From the NCBI GenBank assembly GCA_964016885.1, contig OZ024743.1, positions 372,434,001 through 372,498,000 of the forward strand: a stretch of DNA of 64,000 nucleotides. Reading direction: 5' to 3'. Each line of letters opens with the position of its first letter. The first letter of the stretch is position 1. Both the position numbers and the translations under genes were made by a program. The stretch comes from Eledone cirrhosa. Lineage: Eukaryota. The notes below the pieces were generated by a model. The model saw nothing but the letters and a program-made list of their open reading frames with translations. It made no database searches and was not told the DNA's origin. Below, one piece after another: positions 53,468-64,000 of the stretch.

Positions 53468-55116
53468 TACGAGGTCAAAGTAAGTCGATTTTTTATTTGT
53501 AGTTGCAGTCTGACTGGACTGGAAACCATCTACCACAATTCACTTACTCATTTGCTGTATATGTTTTACCGTTTACTAATAAATATACCCTCTTACGTGG
53601 TCATGAAAACCCTCTTGCGTGGTCTCTAAGCTCACAAAGCGGAGGGGACATCAAGTTAGATATCAACATTTATTCTGTCCGTTTCATTAAAGGGAAAATT
53701 GGAAAGCTTTGAAATAATACAATTTCCACTTTCTTCCAGATAAGAGCACTCTTTGGATAGACAGAGTTGCTCTTGTATAAATGTTCAAAATAGCTGGTAT
53801 CGTCTAGTGGGAATATAACAAATTCAACTGGTCCTTATTCATAAAAAAGAACATTTATGTTCCTTTTTTTGAAATTTATATACTTCCTTTCAAGGAATGT
53901 ATTTATACTTTCAACTGCCTGCAATGGTATCTTTGGAATATCGTTAATCAATTTTTTAGTAATCTACTGATATCAAAATCAGTAGTATATTGAAAAATGG
54001 GTAAAGGGGGGGGGGGGGCTTTCGTGATTTCGAGGGGCAAAATGGGTTGAGAACCTTTGGTTTAGACCAATGTGGTCAAGAATCAGCATGCAGGAGTTTT
54101 AATGAGAAAAAAACAATTTTACCTAATAACAAATGTTTTGAAGATCCAATATGGAGAAAAGATGCATTGCTGAACATCATTTTTTTACATCAGTTTTTGT
54201 ACATGCTGTAAAGATCTTTTACATATATACCAGGTATGCTTTTCAAACCCGTTTTTTTTTTCATTTTCCTTACTAGTGTTTTAGTTGGCTAGCTTTTATA
54301 TTCAATGGTTTCACAGTAGATTTATAGAAAACGATGCAAACAAATTTCAATGGGAAATATTTTTTCCTCGTTTTTTTCATGTGCTACCTATTAAACTTGC
54401 CTGCTAATATGCTGCAAATGATTTTTTTTCTCTGGAAAAAGAAAAGGGTGAAGAGAGACCTGCAGACTTTCACCCCGACCCTACCCCTCGAGTTTTCTTT
54501 ACCGTTATTTTTCTTGTTCCTTTTTCGTGTGTACCAACTAATCTTACTTCCTGACATGCAGCAAATGACCTTTCCTCCCAGAAAACAGAGGGGGGGGAAT
54601 GAGAGGGGATCCTCGGACCGCCCCCCTCCGCTCTGTCCTCCCGGAGTTATCTTTATCCCCTAACCCTAATCTCAGAGAAGGATGAGGTGCAAAAGACAGA
54701 GGGTCTCCCCCTTCCCTTCAGTTTTCCAGGGAAAAAAGTCTTTTGCAGCATTTTCAGAGGTAAGATTAGTTGATAGCACATGAAAAAAACGAGAGAAAAA
54801 GGAATGTAAAGAAAACTCGGAGAAGGAGATGGAATGTCCCAGGGCTCCCACCTCCTCATACACCCTCCGGAGAAGGTGAAGTGTCCCAAGTTCTCACCTC
54901 CTCATCCCAAGGCTCCCACCTCCTCATACCCCCTCCTTTATCAGGGGAAACGTCCTTTGCAACATATTAGGAAATAAATTTAATTGATAGCATAACTCTA
55001 TACACAAACAAAGTAAAAGATAACATCGCGAGGAGCTTTAGGTAAGCCAGCACGCTCGTGGCGTTACCCCGGGTGATGGCTAAGCTGATGCACACAGCCA
55101 AGCACCCTCACAAGCA

Positions 55117-55311
55117 TCACAAGTTACCTCGATTCACCGCCAGTGAAGACAAGAACCTCGCAGTCAGTGACCAGACTCCCCCAAACGTCTCGAACGTCAC
55201 GGGCTGGCAAATGTAGTTAACCGACAGATCCAAGTATTTTAGGATTTTGTTCCGTTCAGCTGCAGTAGCTGTAGCTCCAGTCCTAACCGTGTGTATTCCG
55301 TCAGCAGTGTT

Positions 55312-55312
<1 letters not shown>
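55117..55312 (-). pseudogene. Fragment of restriction-like endonuclease domain of a CRE/R2-group non-LTR element
   Basis: ATAAERNKILKY...YICQPVTFETFGG matches the E-x2-K-x2-KY...P...ET-G pattern. Confidence 0.7.
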
Positions 55313-55344
<32 letters not shown>

Positions 55345-55879
55345 AATATATATATATATCGGGTTCAATCGTGAGTAACCACAGTAAGTAAAGTACTCAA
55401 TACATAGCAGAGTGTAAATATTTAATATAGAAATGGCTTCTTCAGGACTAGAACACTTTCATTCGAAGGAAATCATTAAAGAACCAACACACATAGCGTA
55501 AAAACATGCACACAAACACACACATGTAAGTATTGTCTGCTGGGACAAATGTGAATGGTGACCGACATTTACGAAGTTAGGTTTCATTTTACCGTTTTTT
55601 CCTCCTTTTTCATTAGCAGCAGCTGTGAATGAGATTATGGCGAATACGTTGGTGTTTCTTGGCTTGGTCTTATTTAATTTGTTATTTATTTGTTCCATGT
55701 ATTTTAGCTGGCAGAGTGTCCAGGTAGAAACACGTCCCTTACGTCACAACTTGTAAACCGATTTGATTAGTAATTAAAGGGAAATAATTCAGTCTGGCCT
55801 TCTGTATATTTCTAAAGGTTACTTCCCTTTGACTAAAATTTTATTGGCTTGATTTCTTCTTTTTCTTTTTCTTCTTATT

Positions 55880-56090
55880 GGTAGATTAACAGTATCGGTA
55901 GAGTGCGGACAATATGATTTTCGGTATAGAGGCACGTCCCTTTAAATTCTGAGTTCAAATACCTCCGAGGTTAGCTTTGCCTTTCATCTTTACGCGGTCA
56001 ATAAAATAAAGTATCAGTAATGCACTGGGGTTGATTTAATAGACTTTCCCCTCCTACAAAATTGTTGGCCTTTTGCCTAAATCAGGAACC
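55880..56090 (+). mobile_element. tRNA-derived SINE (same family as 23110-23300)
   Basis: ttctgagttcaaat...gaggttagctttgcctttcat...aataaagtatcagtaatgcactgggg. Confidence 0.8.
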
Positions 56091-56091
56091 A

Positions 56092-58700
56092 TTCTTCTTC
56101 TTCTGCTCCACCCACTTATTCTTGAGAGGGTCGTGGTGGCAGAGTCCTCAAACACTCCTTCAAGCAGGTCATTTCAAAAGTAACCATCTCCAACTGATCC
56201 AGCTAGATCTCCAAGCAAGACCAGCTGAGCTCATGGATGTTATTGAAACATGTTGCTCAGGGTCTACCCCTGGGTGTCCTGCCGGTTGATTTTGCCTGTA
56301 AAATCTGTCCAGCAATTCTTTCCTAAGACATTCTAACCACATGCCCATAGTATCAGAGCTGTGATCCCTCAATTCGGAGAAGCAGCAACTCTACCTGGAG
56401 TAACTCTCTGATCTCCGAGCGACGCACTTTATCGAATAACGTTTCTCCAAAAACCCTTCGGAGGAATCCCATTTCGGTCGCTTGTATTCGCAATTGTATT
56501 CTTTCGGTCAACACCTAAGATTCTTGATCATAGGTAAGGGTTGGCACAAATACCGAATTGAAGATAGCGAGTTTGACATTTACACCTATCTTCCTTTTTT
56601 TGATTACTGAATGCTGAAGCTGGCACATTACTGCATCAGCTTCTGCAATTCTTGCACTTAATTCAGCCCCCTGCCTGCCATCACTTGTGAACATAGCCCC
56701 AAGATACTTGAATTTCTCACACATTGAGTGCTCTGTGCAGGCTTCCTTGAGAGGATGAGTGTCTCAGTCTTCACAGCACTGATTTTTATTCCTGCCATAC
56801 AGCAGTAAGCAGAAAACCTATGAAGTGCATGTCACAGATCTCCTTCTGATGAGTTAAGTAACACCATGTCAGTAAATTCCAGCTGATAAATGATACACCC
56901 ACCAGTCTCAATACCACTTCCAACTCAGATGTGCATGTCAATCCTGTTCATGAAGACAATGAACAGGAAATGTGACTGTATGCACGCTTGGCAGAGTCCA
57001 ACACCCACATTGACTGGTCTCGATTTAGCCCCATTTATCTGAACACAAATACTAGGGCATTCATATTGAGATCATATTGGGCAACAAGAAGCAGTCCATC
57101 AATCCTATACTCCTGCAGAACCTTCTACAACAGATCCCGTGAAATGTGGTCATATGCCTTTTTGAGATCTACAAAACAAGAATACACCTCTTGGCAATAC
57201 CTACATGATTTCTCAAAGACCTGTCACCATGTGAATATTTGGTTGGCTGTGCTGTGTTTGGGGTGAAAACCACACTGTTCATCAGTTAGCTTGGACTCAG
57301 CAATCCCTACATCTCTTTGGCAGACACCATAGACTTTGCTGGGGAGGCTTAACAAAGGGATCCCTCTATAATTGAAGCAATCTTTCGTCTCTCCTTTTGA
57401 AAATTGGGATTCTCGCCCCCGATTGTCAAAGCTTAGGTTCCTTTCCAGAGATGCAGCTCATGCAGCACACATGAGTCAGCCAGAGAATACCTTCTCTAAG
57501 ACTTTTGACATTTTGGCCGAATTTCATCCTCCTCAGCAGCCTTGCTGCATTTGATCTCTTTAATTGCTCCTATGATTTCATCCTCTGAGAGATTAGTCAC
57601 TGCTCCCAGATGCACCTTGTGTACATCAGAAGATGCTGTTGTGACTGGGTTTAAGAGATCAGCAAAGTATTTTCTCCACCTTGCAAGGATGCACCTCTCT
57701 AAAGAGAGGGGATCCCAGATGTGTTCTTGATAGCTGGTGTGGAGGAGGACTTATTATTATGAAGTCGGCTTGAAAGTCCTCCCATGTCTAAACTTTGGAC
57801 ACCTTTACTGTCTCTGTTGTGATTTTTCATACCTGCTTGTATAGCAAGTACAAGAAGGAGGACGTATTTCCAAGTCTAGCTTTGTAAGCCTCCTTAGGCT
57901 CTCTTGGCTTTAGGTAGTCTCAGGCTGCAGATAACTAGATGGCAATCAGTTAATAGCTCATTACTAGAACAGAAGTCTAATAAGGCCTCTCCATTCATAT
58001 TAAGATTATGATCGCTGTTCCATCCAATCACTCTTTTCCATATCAGGCAGCCAGTGCCAACATATGCATTAAAGTCTTCCATTAGGATATATGACTCAGT
58101 CTTAACTACATCTAATGCTGCGGTGACTTCCTCAAGGAAGAATTGGTATTTGGACTCTCTCTTTGGTGCATAGACTTGCACCACCTACAGAGACCTTTCC
58201 TTCAGCCTAAGCTTCAGGAGGCAAATCCTCTCTTCCAATGGGATCCAGATAACACATTCTGACAGCCAGGCGATTATGAGTATCCCTAGTCTTTTTTGGT
58301 GCCACATCTGAATAGTGGAGTTTCCATCCTCCATCCAAATCTACAGTACCAGAGCCACGGAACTTTGTTGAGGAAACATATATCTAGCCTCCTCCACTAG
58401 TTCCTGCTCCTAGCAAGTAAGGGTTGTAGTATTCCAGTTACCAATTGTCAAGTTTTGCTCTTTCCCAAGTCCTCACTGAGGTCTCAGGATATGTAACCTT
58501 TGTGCCAGGCCTTCCAAGACAGATTGCAGGCCCGTTGCCAGTTTTTGTGGTGTTGTGTGGAGACTGCAATATATTTTTCGAACAGGCTCCTCTACCTAAG
58601 GCCTGAATGTGTCCCTTGTTAACCTGCATGAAGGATGATGCAGTATGACTGCCTTTGTTGTGTTTAACCATCTTGCTGTGTTTTGTTGGTCTCATTTACA
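56092..58700 (-). mobile_element. Decayed RTE-clade LINE
   Basis: APE fragment VQVYAP...MEDFNAYVG; RT fragments FVDLKKAYDH and FKYLG...RIAEA; (GAA)n 3' tail at 56092-56103; many stops. The 5' border is approximate. Confidence 0.85.
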
Positions 58701-60247
58701 CCAGTCATCACTTTTCTCAGACCTGTAAATACTAAGCTTTCTGAGAAGCAGCTTTTCTCACCTCATCTTAGCTACACTACTGGGTTGTGAAAGTTTACTT
58801 GAGAGCTTACAGTGTCACCCATTTCTTAATCTACCCTAGTATTTTATCGCTGTTGGTCTGGGGCTGTTTATTTGTCCAGCGGGAGCCCACTCATATTGCT
58901 ACTGTCCATCATATTTGGTTGTCATATCACTATCTGCCACCTAAAATCTGTTCTCCAGCAGAACAGCTCTTATTTATTTAAATGTCCATATAGAGCTGGT
59001 AAGCTATGATAGACATGGAGAGGTATCTAATAACTTCATAATTAATAGCAGTAGAGATGTCTGGTATCCTCGGTCCCCAAACCACCTCACTACTCACTTA
59101 TATCAGAGCAGAGTTAGTCAGCCACCCACAGGAGTGAGCCATGACTCCATGACTACTTTAAAGCATCTCTTTCACTATCCTCTGAGGTTAAGTTTTCTCT
59201 CGTCCTTCTGCTGTGGGACCATGAGACAGCTTGTGCCAGGGTTTTTTTACACCAGAGGATTTTCTCCCGTATTCTTCAGACATATGTCACTAAGGTAGCA
59301 ATAATATAGATGTTTGATATTTATGCTTACACACACATGTCTAACTTTAACCTCTGATATGACAATCAAAATATATATTGTAGGACACCCTTGCAAGCAG
59401 GGAAAAGCGGACGTAAAATGATGATGATGATGACAGTCAACTAACATATCCAGTTAGAACAAAGAAAAAGAGAAGGAAAGGGAGGCAAAAGAAACCAAAA
59501 TAAGAAAAAAGGTGTAAAAACAGCTAAATGCATGATGTTATAGCTCTAATACTGCGTATTTAGATAATATACACACTGCTGATCCCTACTGACTTGAATA
59601 TTTATGAAGTGCTCTGAAAGATTCAGATTTTTTAAAAAAAATTGTTTTGCTGGGGCAATGTTTTGAAGAAATTAACTTGGTTGTAGTTAATTTCTGCATT
59701 TGGGATTCTTACTCTCGGGTCTCAAATAATCATCGCTTCATGCACTCTTTTTTTAGACTTTTTCCACCCACCCCTCCACTCTTATTCCACTCCCACCCAT
59801 GCTTATTAAATTTTGCTAATTTATCTCTGGTGAAATTTTATATTAAATGGTAGCATTCCTGCAACAATTTTCTTTATACATTAAAAACATTATACATGAC
59901 AAAAAATTCCATACATTATAAAATAAATAGGATGTGATGGGGTCTTAATATGTAAACTAACTGACTAATTCTGTTTTTTGGGGGTTTTTTTTATCAAGGG
60001 AGACAACCTAGAAAAATTACCACCACCAACCACCACCTAATTCCAGTTCCTCCTGTTAATTCGACCCCACCTCTATTATTTGGGAACCCCAGAACAAACA
60101 CTTCAATACTTCATATTTACAATATTGTTTATATTTTCAGTGTTTCAGCAGAAGCAATATTATAAATTGTTTGTTTTAGTCACAGAACTGGTCTTTTGCT
60201 CTTTACATAATCCTGTTTCTGGTACATAGGTAGAGATAATTGTTGTC

Positions 60248-63200
60248 ATTCTATTCTTCTATTGCCTATAACTATTCTATTGCCTATATCTATTCTATTG
60301 CCTATATCTATTCTATTGCCTATAATTATTCTATTACCTATATCTATTCTATTGCCTATAACTATTCTATTGCCTATAACTATTCTATTACCTATATCTA
60401 TTCTATTGCCTATAACTATTCTATTGCCTATATCTATTCTATTGCCTATATCTATTCTATTGCCTATAATTATTCTATTACCTATATCTATTCTATTGCC
60501 TATAACTATTCTATTGCCTATATCTATTCTATTGCCTATAACTATTCTATTGCCTATATCTATTCTATTACCTATATCTATTCTATTGCCTATAACTATT
60601 CTATTGCCTATATCTATTCTATTACCTATATCTATTCTATTGCCTATAACTATTCTATTATCTATATCTATTCTATTACCTATAACTATTCTATTGCCTA
60701 TATCTATTCTATTGCCTATAACTATTCTATTGCCTATATCTATTCTATTGCCTATAACTATTCTATTGCCTATATCTATTCTATTGCCTATAACTATTCT
60801 ATTGCCTATAACTATTCTATTGCCTGTATCTATTCTATTGCCTATAACTATTCTATTGCCTATAACTATTCTATTGCCTGTAACTATTCTATTGCCTATA
60901 TCTATTCTATTGCCTATATCTATTCTCTTGCCTATAACTATTCTATTGCCTATAACTATTCTATTGCCTATAACTATTCTATTGCCTATAACTATTCTAT
61001 TACCTATATCTATTCTATTGTCTATAACTATTCTACTGCCTATATCTATTCTATTGCCTATATCTATTCTATTGCCTATAACTATTCTATTGCCTATATC
61101 TATTCTATTGCCTATAACTATTCTATTGCCTATAACTATTCTATTGACTATATCTATTCTATTGCCTATATCTATTCTATTGCCTATAACTATTCTATTG
61201 CCTATATATATTCTATTGCCTATAACTATTCTATTGCCTGTAACTATTCTATTGCCTATAACTATTCTATTGCCTATAACTATTCTATTGCCTATATCTA
61301 TTCTATTGACTATAACTATTCTATTGCCTATAACTATTCTATTACCTATATCTATTCTATTGCCTATAACTATTCTATTGCCTGTAACTATTCTATTGCC
61401 TATATCTATTCTATTACCTATAACTATTCTATTGCCTATAACTATTCTATTGCCTATATCTATTCTATTGCCTATATCTATTCTATTGCCTGTATCTATT
61501 CTATTGCCTATATCTATTCTATTGCCTGTATCTATTCTATTGCCTATAACTATTCTATTGCCTATATCTATTCTATTACCTATATCTATTCTATTACCTA
61601 TATCTATTCTATTGCCTGTATCTATTCTATTGCCTATAACTATTCTATTGCCTATATCTATTCTATTGCCTATAACTATTCTATTGCCTATATCTATTCT
61701 ATTTCCTATAACTATTCTATTGCCTATATCTATTCTATTGGCTATAACTATTTTATTGCCTATATCTATTCTATTACCTATAACTATTCTATTGCCTATA
61801 ACTATTCTATTGCCTATATCTATTCTATTGCCTATAACTATTCTATTGCCTATATCTATTCTATTGCCTATAACTATTCTATTGCCTATAACTATTCTAT
61901 TGGCTATAACTATTCTATTGCCTATAACTATTCTATTACCTATATCTATTCTATTACCTATATCTATTCTATTGCCTATATCTATTCTATTGCCTATATC
62001 TATTCTCTTGCCTATAACTATTCTATTGCCTATATCTCTTCTATTGCCTATAACTATTCTATTGCCTATAACTATACTATTGCCTATATCTATTCTATTG
62101 CCTATAACTATTCTATTGCCTATAACTATTCTATTACCTATATCTATTCTATTGCCTATAACTATTCTATTGCCTATATCTATTCTCTTGCCTATAACTA
62201 TTCTATTGTCTATATCTATTCTATTGCCTATAACTATTCTATTGCCTATAACTATTCTAATGCCTATAACTATTCTATTGCCTATATCTATTCTATTGCC
62301 TATAACTATTCTATTGCCTGTATCTATTCTATTGCCTGTAACTATTCTATTGCCTATAACTATTTTATTGCCTATATCTATTCTACTACCTATAACTATT
62401 CTATTGCCTATAACTATTCTATTGCCTATATCTATTCTATTGCCTATAACTATTCTATTGCCTATATCTATTCTATTGCCTATAACTATTCTATTGCCTA
62501 TATCTATTCTATTGCCTATATCTATTCTATTGCTTATAACTATTCTATTGCCTATAACTATTCTATTGCCTATATCTATTCTATTGCCTGTATCTATTCT
62601 ATTGCCTGTAACTATTCTATTGCCTATAACTATTCTATTGCCTATAACTATTCTATTGCCTGTAACTATTCTATTGATATATCTATTCTATTACCTATAA
62701 CTATTCTATTGCCTATAACTATTCTATTGCCTATATCTATTCTATTACCTATATCTATTCTATTGCCTATAACTATTCTATTGCCTATATCTATTCTATT
62801 GCCTGTATCTATTCTATTGCCTATAACTATTCTATTACCTATAACTATTCTATTGCCTATATCTATTCTATTACCTATATCTATTCTATTACCTATATAT
62901 ATTCTATTGCCTATATCTATTCTATTGCCTATATCTATTCTATTGCCTATAACTATTCTATTGCCTATATCTATTCTATTGCCTATAACTATTCTATTGC
63001 CTATATCTATTCTATTGCCTATAACTATTCTATTGCCTATATCTATTCTATTACCTATATCTATTCTATTGCCTATATCTATTCTATTGCCTATATCTAT
63101 TCTATTGCCTGTAACTATTCTATTGCCTATATCTATTCTATTGCCTATAACTATTCTATTGCCTATATCTATTCTATTGCCTATAACTATTCTATTGCCT

Positions 63201-64000
63201 ATATCTATTCTATTGCCTATAACTATTCTATTGCCTATATCTATTCTATTGCCTATAACTATTCTATTGCCTATATCTATTCTATTGCCTATATCTATTC
63301 TATTGCTTATAACTATTCTATTGCCTATAACTATTCTATTGCCTATATCTATTCTATTGCCTGTATCTATTCTATTGCCTGTAACTATTCTATTGCCTAT
63401 AACTATTCTATTGCCTATAACTATTCTATTGCCTGTAACTATTCTATTGATATATCTATTCTATTACCTATAACTATTCTATTGCCTATAACTATTCTAT
63501 TGCCTATATCTATTCTATTGCCTGTATCTATTCTATTGCCTATAACTATTCTATTACCTATAACTATTCTATTGCCTATATCTATTCTATTACCTATATC
63601 TATTCTATTACCTATATCTATTCTATTGCCTATATCTATTATATTGCCTATATCTATTCTATTGCCTATAACTGTTCTATTGCCTATATCTATTCTATTG
63701 CCTATAACTATTCTATTGCCTATATCTATTCTATTGCCTATAACTATTCTATTGCCTATATCTATTCTATTACCTATATCTATTCTATTGCCTATATCTA
63801 TTCTATTGCCTATATCTATTCTATTGCCTATAACTATTCTATTGCCTATATCTATTCTATTGCCTATAACTATTCTATTGCCTATATCTATTCTATTGCC
63901 TATAACTATTCTATTGCCTATATCTATTCTATTGCCTATAACTATTCTATTGCCTATAACTATTCTATTGCCTATATCTATTCTATTGCCTATAACTATT
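60248..64000. repeat. 18-bp minisatellite TATTCTATTGCCTATA(AC/TC), over 200 copies, running off the right edge
   Basis: Direct reading; two dominant monomer variants. Confidence 0.98.

Larger units (their letters stand above)
36229..54059 (+). mobile_element. Buster/Charlie-type hAT DNA transposon expanded to 17.8 kb by nested insertions
   Basis: TIRs taaaggttctcaac (36229-36242) / gttgagaacctttg (54046-54059). Perfect 8-bp TSD gtttagac (36221-36228, 54060-54067) with central TA. Buster-like transposase at 51707-53467. Confidence 0.88.

Noticed and set aside
60240-63473. 1077-aa and 812-aa repeat proteins
   Set aside because: They are by-products of an 18-bp unit; a frame-switching indel occurs and there is no non-repetitive domain.

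Overview
This is AT-rich, repeat-saturated metazoan DNA with no recognisable host gene; the SINE types and (TA)n load suggest a cephalopod/octopus-like genome (inference). In order, the window holds: (1) an internally deleted CsRn1-type Gypsy remnant, then a ~20 kb 41-bp satellite with a 3453-bp higher-order repeat; (2) a MITE/SINE zone; (3) a ~13 kb zone (25-38.7 kb) where (TA)n tracts are interleaved with a long-ORF APE-RT LINE, a Penelope GIY-YIG fragment and about five sequence-unrelated families of type I hammerhead ribozymes, mostly in long inverted or tandem pLTR-like repeats; (4) a four-level nest: a 17.8 kb Buster/Charlie hAT, inserted at the centre of a palindrome, contains a second hAT, which contains an old Gypsy, which contains a young intact Gypsy; (5) CRE-like and RTE LINE remnants and a terminal 18-bp minisatellite. 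The most interesting signal is the hammerhead-ribozyme repeat cluster, including a U3-A8 core variant with a long branched stem II. All coordinates and difference counts were read by eye.
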